The translations under genes were made by a program, and so were the position numbers. The notes under the pieces were generated by a model. It was not told where the DNA came from. It ran no database searches and worked only from the letters and a program-made list of their open reading frames with translations. Shown one piece after another: positions 37,650 to 50,387 of a stretch of 64,000 nucleotides of DNA (positions within the stretch are counted from its first letter, which is position 1; every line of letters starts with the position of its first letter). This DNA is from Eledone cirrhosa (taxonomy: Eukaryota): the NCBI GenBank assembly GCA_964016885.1, contig OZ024760.1:27342001-27406000 (forward strand), in the 5' to 3' direction.

Positions 37650-38384
37650 AGTAGTAATTGACTATGTCAACATGTAATGATTTTTAACTCAAGTGAGTCA
37701 CTTATAGTTTTTCTGCGGTGATCAAGCGTGGGTTCAATGAAGTATTTCTATAGAATATACTATGTCACATGAACACACCAATATTTGCAGTTGAATGACT
37801 AACATTTATTACATAACTGACACGTGTTTCATTGATATGTAGGTGAGCCTATCCAGAATCGCTAATCCAATGTGTTTTTATCGGAAAACTCGACTGCATT
37901 ACTAAATTACTGCATAACGCCAAAGACCTCAATCCTGTGACATTGCCTTAGAGAGGCGCAAGTGTGAAAGGTCGTCTTTTATCACCTCGTCCCATGTTTT
38001 TCTGGGTCTACCTACTCCGGAGCTTCCATCAATTTTGAGTTAAACTTTATCTTTCATCCTTACAGGGATTAATAAAATAAGGCACCAGTAATGTACTGGG
38101 GTCAATTTTTCCCCTTCCCTAAAACATTTATCCATTTATTTGATACCAAGCCACATCATACCATCCCTGGTTCTACAATACAAAACTGTTTATTTGAAAA
38201 TGTTTATATTTATCTAAAAAAAAAAAACTTCCATCATATAAGAACATTTGTTATCTTCCAAACATCATAAGAGCACTACTAAGTCCTTTGAAATTCTTGA
38301 TTATTGAAAAGAATAGGCAGTAATTTCTTTCATTAGAAATATGGTAACAAAAGGGTTAAAGTGTTTATATTTATCTAAAAATAT

Positions 38385-40360
38385 CACAGCTCCAATACTA
38401 TGGACATGTGGTTAGAATGTCTCAGGAAAGAATCACTGGACAGATTTGTAGCTCGGAGATCAGAGAGTCACTCCAGGTAGAGCTGCTACTTCTCTGAATT
38501 GAGAGACAACAGCTCTGATACTATGGACATGTGGTTAGAATGTCTCAGGAAAGAATCACTGGACAGATTTGTAGCTCGGAGATCAGAGAGTCACTCCAGG
38601 TAGAGCTGCTACTTCTCTGAATTGAGAGATCACAGCTCTGATACTGTGGACATGTGGTTAGAATGTCTCAGGAAAGAATCACTGGACAGATTTGTAGCTC
38701 GGAGATCAGAGAGTCACTCCAGGTAGAGCCGCTACTTCTCCGAATTGAGAGATCACAGCTCTGATACTATGAGCATGTGGTTAGAGTGTCTCAGGAAAGC
38801 ATCACTGGACAGATTTGTAGCTCGGAGATCAGAGAGTCACTCCAGGTAGAGCTGCTACTTCTCTGAATTGAGAGATCACAGCTCTGATACTGTGGACATG
38901 TGGTTAGAATGTCTCAGGAAAGAATCACTGGACAGATTTGTAGCTCGGAGATCAGAGAGTCACTCCAGGTAGAGCCGCTACTTCTCCGAATTGAGAGATC
39001 ACAGCTCTGATACTATGAGCATGTGGTTAGAGTGTCTCAGGAAAGCATCACTGGACAGATTTGTAGCTCGGAGATCAGAGAGTCACTCCAGGTAGAGCTG
39101 CTACTTCTCTGAATTGAGAGATCACAGCTCTGATACTGTGGACATGTGGTTAGAATGTCTCAGGAAAGAATCACTGGACAGATTTGTAGCTCGGAGATCA
39201 GAGAGTCACTCCAGGTAGAGCCACTACTTCTCCGAATTGAGAGATCACAGCTCTGATACTATGAGCATGTGGTTAGAATGTCTCAGGAAAGAATCACTGG
39301 ACAGATTTGTAGCTCGGAGATCAGAGAGTCACTCCAGGTAGAGCTGCTACTTCTCCGAATTAAGAGATCACAGCTCTGATACTATGGACATGTGGTTAGA
39401 ATGTCTCAGGAAAGAATCACTGGACAGATTTGTAGCTCGGAGATCATAGTCACTCCAAGTAGAGCTGCTACTTCTCTGAACTGACAGACCACAGCTCTGA
39501 TACTATGGACATGTGGTTAGAATGTCTCAGGAAAGAATCACTGGACAGATTTGTAGCTCGGTGATCAGAGAGTCACTCCAGGTAGAGCTGTTACTTCTCT
39601 GAATTGAGAGATCACAGCTCTGATACTATGGACATGTGGTTAGAATGTCTCAGGAAAGAATCACTGGACAGATTTGTAGCTCGGAGATCAGAGAGTCACT
39701 CCAGGTAGAGCTGCTACTTCTCCGAATTGAGAGATCACAGCTCTGATACTATGGACATGTGGTTAGAATATCTCAGGAAAGAATCACTGGACAGATTTGT
39801 AGCTCGGAGATCAGAGAGTCACTCCAGGTAGAGCTGCTACTTCTCTGAATTGAGAGACAACAGCTCTGATACTATGAACATGTGGTTAGAATGTCTCAGG
39901 AAAGAATCACTGGACAGATTTGTAGCTCGGAGATCAGAGAGTCACTCCAGGTAGAGTTGCTACTTCTCTGAATTGAGAGACAACAGCTCTGATACTATGA
40001 ACATGTGGTTAGAATGTCTCAGGAAAGAATCACTGGACAGATTTGTAGCTCGGAGATCAGAGAGTCACTCCAGGTAGAGCTGCTACTTCTCTGAATTGAG
40101 AGATCACAGGTCTGATACTGTGGACATGTGGTTAGAATGTCTCAGGAAAGAATCACTTGACAGATTTTACAGGCAAGAACCAACTAATAGAAGACCCAGG
40201 GGTAGACCCTGAGAAAGATGGTTGGATAACATCCATGAGCTTGGCTGGTCTCGCTTGGTGACTCAGTCAGATCAGTTGGAAATGGTTGCTTCTGACAGGA
40301 CCCACTGCAAGGAGTGTTTAAGGACTCTGCCCCTACAAACCTCTTAGGAATAAGTGGGCG
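38385..40360 (+). repeat. 123-bp satellite (~14.5 copies) amplified within an Expander/Rex3-like RTE 3' fragment
   Basis: The unit translates SSEIRESLQVELLLL(R/*)IERSQL(R/*)YYGHVVRMSQERI. It continues unrepeated into RRPRGRP...RWLDNI at ~40185-40240. Confidence 0.92.
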
Positions 40361-40518
40361 AAGGAGAAAAAGAAGATCCAACATAATTCTATATAAGAAC
40401 CTTACATTAAGTTACTATCTCAGTAATGAAATAATTAATAATTTTAGTAAATCCCTCAAAATTCTTCATGAATTAATTTCAACATATATGTCAGGGGTGG
40501 TGGAACTGTTGGGTGGGG

Positions 40519-40795
40519 CATCATCATCATCATCATCATCATTTTACGTCCGCTTTTCCCTGCTTGCAAGGGTGGGACGGGAACTGATTCTGGCTTGATT
40601 TCTACAGCTGGATGCCCTTCCTAACACCAACCTCATTTACAGTGAGTGCTGGGTGCATTTATTTCCGTGGCACCTCCACGTCCACTTTTCAGTGGAATGA
40701 TAGGGACCCCAGTCCCTATCATCTCATTTCTACAGCTGAGTAAACTGGAGCAATGTGAAATAAAGTGTCTTGCTCAAGGAAACAACACATCACAC
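40519..40795 (-). mobile_element. 5'-truncated SINE family 2
   Basis: (CAT)n plus the family-2 body in reverse. Confidence 0.85.
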
Positions 40796-41650
40796 TTAGT
40801 AATGAAATAAGTGATAATTTTAGTAAATCTCTCAAAATTCTTCATGAATTAGTTTCAACATATATGTCAGGGGTGGTGGAGCTGTTGGGAGGGGCATGTC
40901 CCTAATAATTATATTTTTCTCCCCAAACTACCAAAACACACATCTATTTGTTTATCACATATCAAAGTTTTTTTATATCTTGGTTAATATTTGATAATAA
41001 CAGCTAAACTAACCAAATTTGGCCCCACACTCAATTCAGACATGTTTCCACCGCCCCTGTATATGGTCATGAAAGGGTTAAGTTATGTCCCAAATACCAT
41101 GATAACAAATGAGTTCATGAGAAGGTTACAGTGACCTTCCAGTTGAAGATTTGACCAAATTTTAATATCTGTTTTCATAACCTACTTGAGACTCAGAAAG
41201 ATTTATTGAAATAGCACAAATACAACACATGGTGTGTCTGTGTGTCTTTGTGTGTCTAACAGTCTTCTCACCTATATATATATAAATGTAAGTATGTATG
41301 TATACGTACATACATATATGTATACAGACGTACAGTAGTATGTATATATATATATACACACATGCACACATATATACATGCACGTATCGGTTTACTGAAC
41401 ATTTATTATAATGCTCGGTTTGTTTGTTTGTAAGTGCTGTACTAAGAGTGAGAAATGAAATTTTGTTTCATTCTATTCCATTTATATATATATATATATA
41501 TATAACTAAAGATTAATATGGTTAATTGATTACTTAATGAATACAGTTTTACAATAGATTAAAAGCACTCAACATAGGAAATATTCCTGGAGTTTTAATA
41601 TTATTCAAAATATTAACAAATGAAGATATTCACATAATCAAAATATATGC

Positions 41651-41713
41651 TTTATTATATATATTTCGAAGGTACTGTGTTGTTGTTTTTCCAGTACGTC
41701 CTCGTCAGATAAA
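41651..41713 (-). ncRNA. Type-I hammerhead ribozyme, canonical core
   Basis: TTTAT CTGACGA GGAc GTACTG gaaaaacaacaaca CAGTAC cTTC GAAA T atat A TA ATAAA. Confidence 0.72.
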
Positions 41714-41795
41714 ATATATGATTTGATATATGACATACCTCTACGGTCGTGATATTTCAATTCCAGTATTGGCAGTCAATATTGTTAATATTTTG

Positions 41796-41839
<44 letters not shown>

Positions 41840-41915
41840 CACTCTTGCAAGCAGGGAAAAGTGGGCGTAAAATGATGATGATGATGATGATGATATATAT
41901 ATATATATATATATA

Positions 41916-42517
41916 TGCGACAAAGCATAAATGAATTGAGAGAGAGACTGAGCATAAGAGGAATCAAATGCTGTGTGCAGGAGAGGCGGTTGCGCTGGTA
42001 TGGACATGTGATGCGTATAAAGGATGACAGCTGCATAAAAAGGTGCAGAGCACTAGAAGTTGATGGAAACCGCGGAGTGGGGAGACCCAAGATGACCTGG
42101 GATGAGGTGATAAAAGCCGACCTTACCCAATTACACCTCTCAAAGACAATGACACACGACCGTGACTTCTGGCGTCACGCAGTAATACAGAGTACCCGAC
42201 CTCCCATGGGTACATGCTGAAGCATATAAACAATATGCCCCCACACCCCCCACCGCAAGGTGGTCGTGGAGGTGCCACGGCAAAAAAGCACCCAGCCCAC
42301 ACTGTAAAGTGGACGTGTAGGCGCCACGAAAAAGCACCCAGCACTCACTGTAAATGAGGTTGGTGTTAGGAAGGGCATCCAGCTGTAGAAATCAAGCCAG
42401 AATCAGTTCCTGTATGAGCAAGGCATGGTCAGCCGACCAGACACTGCCCACAACAAGACAACCCATCTAACCATGCTAGCGTGGAAGAACGGACGTAAAA
42501 CGGTGATGATGATGATG
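41916..42517 (+). mobile_element. RTE 3' fragment whose 3'UTR matches the SINE family 2 tail
   Basis: ORF 41915-42220 RLRWYGHVMR...GRPKMTWDEV; 42255-42517 closely resembles 60960-61233. Confidence 0.9.
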
Positions 42518-42526
42518 ATATATATA

Positions 42527-42690
42527 ATAATTGTTTCTACTTTTAGCACAAGGCCAGCAATTACCCAGTGCATTACTGGTACTTTATTTTATCGACCCCG
42601 TAAGGATGAAAGGCAAAGTTAACCTCAGCGGGATTTGAACTCAGATCGTAAAGGCCCGAAACTCCATGCTTCGTAAAGGCCCATAACTCC
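42527..42690 (-). mobile_element. SINE family 1 (truncated)
   Basis: Reverse complement of the 33545-33680 region. Confidence 0.85.
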
Positions 42691-42753
42691 ATGATATATA
42701 TAATAATAAAATAACAGGAGGCTGGACTTGTGTAAATCCTTGAAAGGTTTATT

Positions 42754-42811
42754 ATACTATGATCATTTCAATGACCGGGTTCCATATGAATCCGGTGATA
42801 TCATCAGGTAT
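42754..42811 (-). ncRNA. Type-I hammerhead ribozyme, canonical core
   Basis: ATAC CTGATGA tatca CCGGaTTC atatg GAAcCCGG tcatt GAAA T gatc A TA GTAT. Confidence 0.72.
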
Positions 42812-43519
42812 TCGAAATGTAATAAATGAATGTAACAGATAAAATCCATGGGGCTGAAAATCATAGACCCGAGGACGACCGACCATCTATCATCTTCCAC
42901 TTTAGCCGGTCGCCCTCAAGTGCTGGCTATTCGGTCTACTTAAGGCTATCTGGTGAAGGGGCGAAAGCTTATAATGTGCTACTAACCTCCCGGTCAAAGA
43001 GAAAAAAAGACAGAAAGAGAGAAGAAAAGTCAGCGTTAATGTCATGCTACAATCAGGCTAGGAATTGCCGCGAAAAATGTTATTCTAAATAACCTATATC
43101 TTAACAGATTATATATTATAAAAGAGGTATATATAGTGGGCGTCTGCATGGTATAATGTGTGAACAGAAAATTGGATCGTTAAATTTTTGTTTAGATTTA
43201 TAGGATGAAATTTAAAAAAAAAAAAAAAAATTTTATTAAAGATTAAAATTATAAAATAAAAAAAAATTTGAAAATTAAAAATTAACCATTTTAAAAAAAA
43301 TTTATGGTTTGGGTTGCACAATTTAGTTAAAGAATTTATGAAAAATTTTAAGTGTATTATAGAGATCCTCGATAAGTTTTCAGGGTGGGATTTAGAGTAA
43401 AGATTAAGTCCTTGTTTAGCAGTCAAACAGCACGCGACGACTGCAGACTCCGGCCAGCCCGTCCTAACCATGTGTCAGCCATTCCGAGTGAAACCGTTTA
43501 GCGAGAGATATGGAAATCA

Positions 43520-45265
43520 ATTTCTCCGCAGGGAGAAACCCTTCTTCGTCAGCAGAGGAAGCAGCTCCCTAAACTTCTTCCAACCCGTCCTTATTCTAGA
43601 TACTATGGCCTCAGAATACACTCCTCCGATGCTAATCTGATCTCCTAGGTACCGAAAGCTATCCACCATTTCTATAGCACCCGCCTGCATTTGAAAAATG
43701 TGTCTATCAATGTTACTTCTACTGTATAATTTCCCTGTACATCTACTGCATACGTATTTCTTCCTACCTGTTAGTTTGCCTGCTATCCCGCTACATCTCT
43801 TGTGTACCCAGGATCTGCATTGTGTGCATTTTATAGAATTTATGCCAGTTCCTTTTCTGTATATCGAACATGGCCATTTCCCTGACGGAATCAGAGTTTT
43901 GTCCTCTTTTCTACTCATCAACACTTTTGTCTTAGCTAGGTTCACTCTCAGTCCTCTTGCTTCCAACTGCTGTTTCCATAGCCAGAATTTATTCTCTAGC
44001 TCCTCTACTGATTCTGCTATAAGAACCAGATCGTCAGCAAAGAGAAGTTCCCATGGACAGCCAGTCTTAAAGTCCTCTGTTATGGCTTGGAGGACTATAA
44101 TGAACTAGAGCGGGCTGAGGACCGAACCTTGATGTACTCCTACTTGTATCTGGAATTCCTCACTAAACTCCATTCCTACCCTGACTTTACTGAGAGTACC
44201 TCTGTACAAAGTTTGCACTGTCCTCACAAGCCATTCCTCAACACCTAGCTTCCTTAGGGACCACCAGTTGACAGATCGGGGTACCCTATCAAAGGCCTTC
44301 TCTAGGTCAACAAAGGCTAAGTATAGTGGCTTATTCTTTTCTAAGAACCTCTCTTGCAATTGTCTCACCAAGAAGAGGGCATCTGTTGTACTCTTCCCAG
44401 GCACAAAACCAAACTGCATCTCATCTAGTTTGACCCTTTCTCTAATTAGTTGTGCTAATATCCTTTCTGCCACTTTCATAACCTGATCCATCAGTTTTAT
44501 ACCCCTATAATTGCTCCTCTCCAGAGCATCCCCTTTACCTTTGTAGCAATTTATGAGAATACTGCTGCACCAGTCTTTGGGTATGACACCACCATATATA
44601 GCCTGATTGATGATGCGTGCAACCAGTTTAGTGCCTACGTCCCCTGATGCCTTCAGCATCTCAGCAACTAGTCCCGATGGTCCAGCAGCCTTACCATTTT
44701 TCATTTCCTTAATTGCCTCTTGTACCCTATATTCGACAATCTCAGTAGCTGGTCCCTCTGTCAGATCTACTGAGGGTAATTTCTCTTTCTCCCATTCGTT
44801 CTCCACATTCATCAGTCTCTCATAGTGACATTTCCAGGCCTCCTTTTTCTGATCATTCGTGACACTAAGTACACCGGCATCATCCCGGACACATTTATCT
44901 CCAACAACATCCTGATTTGCATTGACACACTGCCTTGCAATGTGGAACACCGCACGCCTCTGATCTTCCCGTCGCAGAACATTGGCAAACCTCCTACTCT
45001 CAGCCTCCCAGCGTGCTAAGTACACCTGACGTCTAGCTTCTCTCTAAGTGGCTGTATATTCTTCCCTACTCCCACCCTTTTTCCAAGCCTTCCATGCTAG
45101 TCTTTTGTCTCTAATAGCCTTATCTACTGTGCTGTTCCACCACCAGGTCACTCTCTGTCTGGTTGGAGCTCTGCTCCAGCCACAAGTCTCATCAGTAGCC
45201 TGCAGCAAGTTGTCACGTAAGAAATTCAAGTTATCTATGTCATATGTCTCTAAATCGTCTTCTTT
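43520..45265 (-). mobile_element. RTE LINE internal fragment (RT domain), truncated at both ends
   Basis: ORFs 44105-45025 (YKGKGDALERSNYRGIKL, QFGFVPGKSTTDA, FVDLEKAFDRVPR, GVHQGSVLSPL), 43517-43966 and 45044-45229. Confidence 0.95.
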
Positions 45266-45321
45266 ATATATATAGATATATATGTTTATGTGTGTATATA
45301 TATATATATATATATCTATCT

Positions 45322-45852
45322 AAGGCGGGTAAAATTCCCGAGATCCATGGACGAGTTCTCTCCAGCGGTCTCTGTCCCTCATTATCGCTGCCATATCCTG
45401 CATCTCCAACAGACCAGTGTCTGTCCTTAGGGCATCAACATATGTTAACCTTGGTCTTCCTCTTCTAGTGTGTCCATGTAGGGGCTCCCAAAGGAGCACT
45501 GAGTGCAATGTCAACTCTGGATGTCGGTGAGCATGTCCAGCCAACCTCAGTCTCCTCTGTGTCACTTTTGAACTGACTTTTGGGATGCTCCCATACAGCT
45601 CTGAGTTTTTCATCCTCAGTGTATACTGATTAATGTTCAGAGCCATCCTCAGCATTCTCGTGTAGCACCTATCCACCATCTGAGTGAGTTTCTTGGTCAG
45701 TGTCCAAGTCTCAGACCCATACAGCAGCACAGACTCCACTACAGCAATGAAGAGGCGGATTTTCAGGTCTCTACGAAGGTCCGACTTCCACACCGATCTC
45801 AAGCTGTGGCACGCCGCCCAGGCCTTGTTCTTCCTCTCAACCACATCATCCT

Positions 45853-45853
<1 letters not shown>
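45322..45853 (-). mobile_element. 3' end of a different RTE family with no 3'UTR, ending in (TA)n; tiny second copy at 48520-48632 (+)
   Basis: VESVLLYGSETWTL...RLRLAGHAHRH...RGRPRLTYVD...[19 protein letters not shown]. Confidence 0.9.
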
Positions 45854-45904
<51 letters not shown>

Positions 45905-45994
45905 ATATATATATGTTTATGTGTATATATAGATATATATATATATATATATATATAATATAAGATCAAAAGATGGTTAAAGGAGTTCAATATA

Positions 45995-46061
45995 TTTTAT
46001 TATGCGCATTTCAAAAACAAACATCATCAAACAATAACATTTGTGTTTTCATCAGATAAAA
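45995..46061 (-). ncRNA. Type-I hammerhead ribozyme, canonical core
   Basis: TTTTAT CTGATGA AAAC acaaatgttattgtttgatgatgttt GTTT tt GAAA T gcgc A TA ATAAAA. Confidence 0.72.
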
Positions 46062-46483
46062 CAGGAGAACATGATATGAAGGCTAAAAAAAACACTTGTT
46101 GATAGTGCAGTTTTAAATCAACATATATATATATATAATTGAAAATCAGTAAAATCGAATCTCTGGCGTTTTGCAAGTAAATTCGGCCTATTTATATGAA
46201 ATGATGAGTTAGCAAAGCACTTGATAAGATAGGACCTTAGAGTAATAACATATGTTGAAATAGCTTGACAAATCGAACATTGTGGTAGGCGAAACTAACA
46301 CAATATATATACCAGAGCAACGATAGAACTAATCAGGTTGAGATATATATATGTTTATGTGTGTATATATATATATATGTTCTAGTCGATCGACTTTCAT
46401 CAAATCGGACCGAGGAAACTATGTTTCCGTTGGTCTTTCCAATTGCTAATACTATCTATCGATCGCAACTCCAGGTAGAAGGA

Positions 46484-46725
46484 GCAACGTGAAATAAAGT
46501 GTCTTGCTCAAGGACATAACGCATCGCCTGGTTCAGGAATCGAACTCACAACCTCACGATTGTGAATCCAATACTCTAACCACTCAGCCACACGCCTTCA
46601 CTTTTTTTGGAGCAATGTGAAATAAAGTGTCTTGCTCAAGGAAACAACACATCACCCGGTCTGAGAATTGAACTCACAACCTTTCGATTGCAAGGCCAAT
46701 GCTCTAACCACTAAGCCATGTACCT

Positions 46726-46727
<2 letters not shown>
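46484..46727 (-). mobile_element. Two SINE head fragments
   Basis: Reverse-complement tRNA heads with aagtgtcttgctcaagga. Confidence 0.8.
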
Positions 46728-46796
<69 letters not shown>

Positions 46797-46891
46797 TATG
46801 TATATATATATATATGTTTATGTGTATATATATATATGTTTATGTGTGTATATATATGTAAGTATGTGTGTATATCATTTTATTTCAACTG

Positions 46892-46924
<33 letters not shown>

Positions 46925-46933
<9 letters not shown>

Positions 46934-47821
46934 TAAAAAAATAATGAATAAAACAATGAAACAGTTCCTTATATTAAACAAAAAAAGTTCATTATTTAAC
47001 GATCGTTTCTAGGATATATATGTGTTAGAATTGGCATGCATATTCAACAGATATATGTACAAAATTATACAAACTATCAAAATTAAATATACATACCAAC
47101 ACATATATAAGCCGTCTTCAGAAATAATGAAATATATTTATTGATAATAACAACAATTCAAAATTACAGGTCTGTTTGGGAACAGAGTTCAAATTGACCA
47201 ATGAAAATACAAAAAGTTTATACAGTTAGGTGTGTGTATATATGCAATTAACTTCGTTCACAGATATGCATAAAGATATATGTTCACATGCATACGCATG
47301 CCATACATCTTTTTGGCATGCGTATGCATGTGAACATATATCTTTATGCATATCTGTGAACGAAGTTAATTGCATATATACACACACCTAACTGTATAAA
47401 CTTTTTGTATTTTCATTGGTCAATTTGAACTCTGTTCCCAAACAGGCCTGTAATTTTGAATTGTTGTTATTATCAATAAATATATTTCATTATTTCTGAA
47501 GACGGCTTATATATGTGTTGGTATGTATATTTAATTTTGATAGTTTGTATAATTTTGTACATATATCTGTTGAATATGCATGCCAATTCTAACACATATA
47601 TATCCTAGAAACGATCGTTAAATAATGAACTTTTTTTGTTTAATATAAGGAACTGTTTCATTGTTTTATTCATTATTTTTTTAATATTTTATCTTGACTC
47701 TGTATTCCGTTTATCTTTCACCGAAAGTGATTTTTCATTGCATCTCTTCTTTCCATGATATCCGAATTACATTGAGTTCTACATACGGATTGGACACTAC
47801 CGTAAGCTCTTGGTAGATTTT
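46925..47821 (+). mobile_element. Family-F PLE-type element: near-perfect palindrome with 379-bp arms plus a ~130-bp tail, in (TA)n
   Basis: Arms 46925-47303 and 47314-47692. Hammerhead at 47486-47629, mirrored at 46988-47131. Confidence 0.8.
47486..47629 (+). ncRNA. Hammerhead ribozyme with 10-bp stem I and very long stem II
   Basis: TTCATTATTT CTGAAGA cgg cttATATATGTGTT...AACACATATATat cc ta GAAA C gatc G TT AAATAATGAA. Confidence 0.68.
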
Positions 47822-47844
47822 TATATATATATATATATAATAAA

Positions 47845-48065
47845 TACGGTGGAAGAAAGACAGGAAGACGATACTTTGGTTTGTGGAAACGTTCTCTGTA
47901 TGTTTCCACGAACCAAAGTATCGTCTTCCTGTCTTCCTCCGGTTGCAACGTTTTTTGAAATATTCACTTCTGCGTTCACAGATTGACTTTGTTAGTTTCA
48001 GAAGATCACGTTAAGGGTGAAAGCAGCGATTCTTTGCTTAATCTTTAATCTGTTATTTTAATAAA
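47845..48065 (+). mobile_element. Family-D element: 5' fold-back (47851-47940) plus CAGAAGA hammerhead-like fold (47994-48044)
   Basis: aagacaggaagacgatactttggt...accaaagtatcgtcttcctgtctt; homologous to 8620-8760 and 19545-19660. Confidence 0.65.
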
Positions 48066-48096
48066 AAAAATATATATATATATATATATATATATA

Positions 48097-48500
48097 ACAA
48101 AGGAATTGTGGTAAGGAACCAGATGGACCATAACGCACCAGAGTACTCAATACTTAGGGTAGTAGAGTGGGAAATAGGAAAAAGTATGGCCCCGACGGCA
48201 GAGCTGAAGCCGTTTCGACGGTTATTTCTGGACTAAATTAGAATTTTTAGCCTGGTGAATAAATAGCCAAACTTCTCAAGGGGGTACTTCCTTATATGGG
48301 AAGATTTTAGTTGTCAAGGGGATTGGTTAAAATTCGTTGTAAACACAAATAAGTCTATCATGGCATTTGGTGGGTGGTAGGGGTGGCTGAACTTGCCTGT
48401 AGAACAATAGGGGTGTGAGTGGAGTGGTCAAGCATTAAAAGTGTATGTATACAGCAGATTCTAAGGATAGTGTATGAACTAGAGGAGGGAGGTTATAGAA
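48097..48500 (-). mobile_element. Longest family-A copy, with a complete but degenerate hammerhead at 48190-48284
   Basis: CCCC CTTGAGAA gttt ggctattt...aaataaccgtc GAAA CGGC ttcagctct GCCG TC GGGG. Confidence 0.65.
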
Positions 48501-48634
48501 TAGGTAAATTGAATCAGAGTAGGACAGACACTGGTCTGTTGGGGATGCAGGACGTGGCAGCAATAATGAGGGACAGAGACCGCTGGAGAGAACTCGTCCA
48601 TGGATCTCGAGAATTTTACCCGCCCTAGATAGAT

Positions 48635-48783
48635 ATATATATATGTATATGTATATATATTTATGTGTATATATATATATGTATGTGTATATATATATAT
48701 GTATGTATATATATATATGTGTGTGTGTATATTATATACATATATATACATATACATATACATATATATATATATACATATAC

Positions 48784-48852
<69 letters not shown>

Positions 48853-48878
48853 CATATATATATGTATATACATATATA

Positions 48879-48930
<52 letters not shown>

Positions 48931-48979
48931 CATATATATGTATATACATATATATATATATACATATATATGTATATAC

Positions 48980-49020
<41 letters not shown>

Positions 49021-49127
49021 TATACATATATACATATATATACATATATACATATATATACATATATACATATATATACATATATACATATATATACATA
49101 TATATACATATATATACATATATATAC

Positions 49128-49202
<75 letters not shown>

Positions 49203-49213
49203 CATATATATAC

Positions 49214-49244
<31 letters not shown>

Positions 49245-49245
49245 C

Positions 49246-49316
<71 letters not shown>

Positions 49317-49363
49317 CATATATACATATACATATATATATATATACATATATATACATATAC

Positions 49364-49420
<57 letters not shown>

Positions 49421-49501
49421 CATATATATATACATATACATATATATATACATATATATATACATATATATATACATATATATATACACATATATATATA
49501 C

Positions 49502-49544
<43 letters not shown>

Positions 49545-49563
49545 TATATACATATATATATAC

Positions 49564-49622
<59 letters not shown>

Positions 49623-49767
49623 TATATACATATATATATATACATATATATATATGTATATATATACATATATATATACATATATATATATACATATATA
49701 TATATACATATATACATATATATATATACATATATATATATACATATATATATACATATATATATAC

Positions 49768-49818
<51 letters not shown>

Positions 49819-50386
49819 TATATATACATATATACATATATACATATATATATACATATATATATATATACATATATATATACATATATATATACATATA
49901 TACATATATATATACATATATATATATATACATATATATATACATATATATATACATATATATATACATATATATATACATATATATATATACATATATA
50001 TATACATATATATATATATACATATATATATACATATATATATACATATATACATATATATATACATATATATATATATACATATATATATACATATATA
50101 TATACATATATATATACATATATATATACATATATATATACATATATATATATACATATATATATATACATATATATATACATATATATATATACATATA
50201 TATATACATATATACATATACATATACATATATATATACATATATATACATATACATATATACATATATATATACATATACATATACATATATATATACA
50301 TATATATACATATATATATACATATATACATATATATATGTATACACTAAATATACATATACATATATACATATACATATATATAC
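48635..50386. repeat. ~1.75-kb (TA)n/(TACA)n microsatellite
   Basis: Directly visible; it explains the stacked YI-rich ORFs. Confidence 0.97.
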
Positions 50387-50387
50387 A

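Noticed and set aside
38385-40170. Selenoprotein-like in-frame TGA repeats
   Set aside because: The TGAs sit at Arg (CGA) positions of an RTE protein and some units keep CGA, so CpG decay explains them.
43400-43515. Possible CHAC2 first exon (ATGGCTGACACATG|GT on the minus strand)
   Set aside because: It lacks the FGYGSL/RRFWQ motifs. More likely the end of a PLE ORF (ESAVV...GLNL) belonging to the 42754 hammerhead, but weakly supported.
41916-45265. One RTE split by a twin-priming inversion
   Set aside because: The geometry is wrong: the inverted part lies beyond the 3' tail, and unrelated elements intervene.
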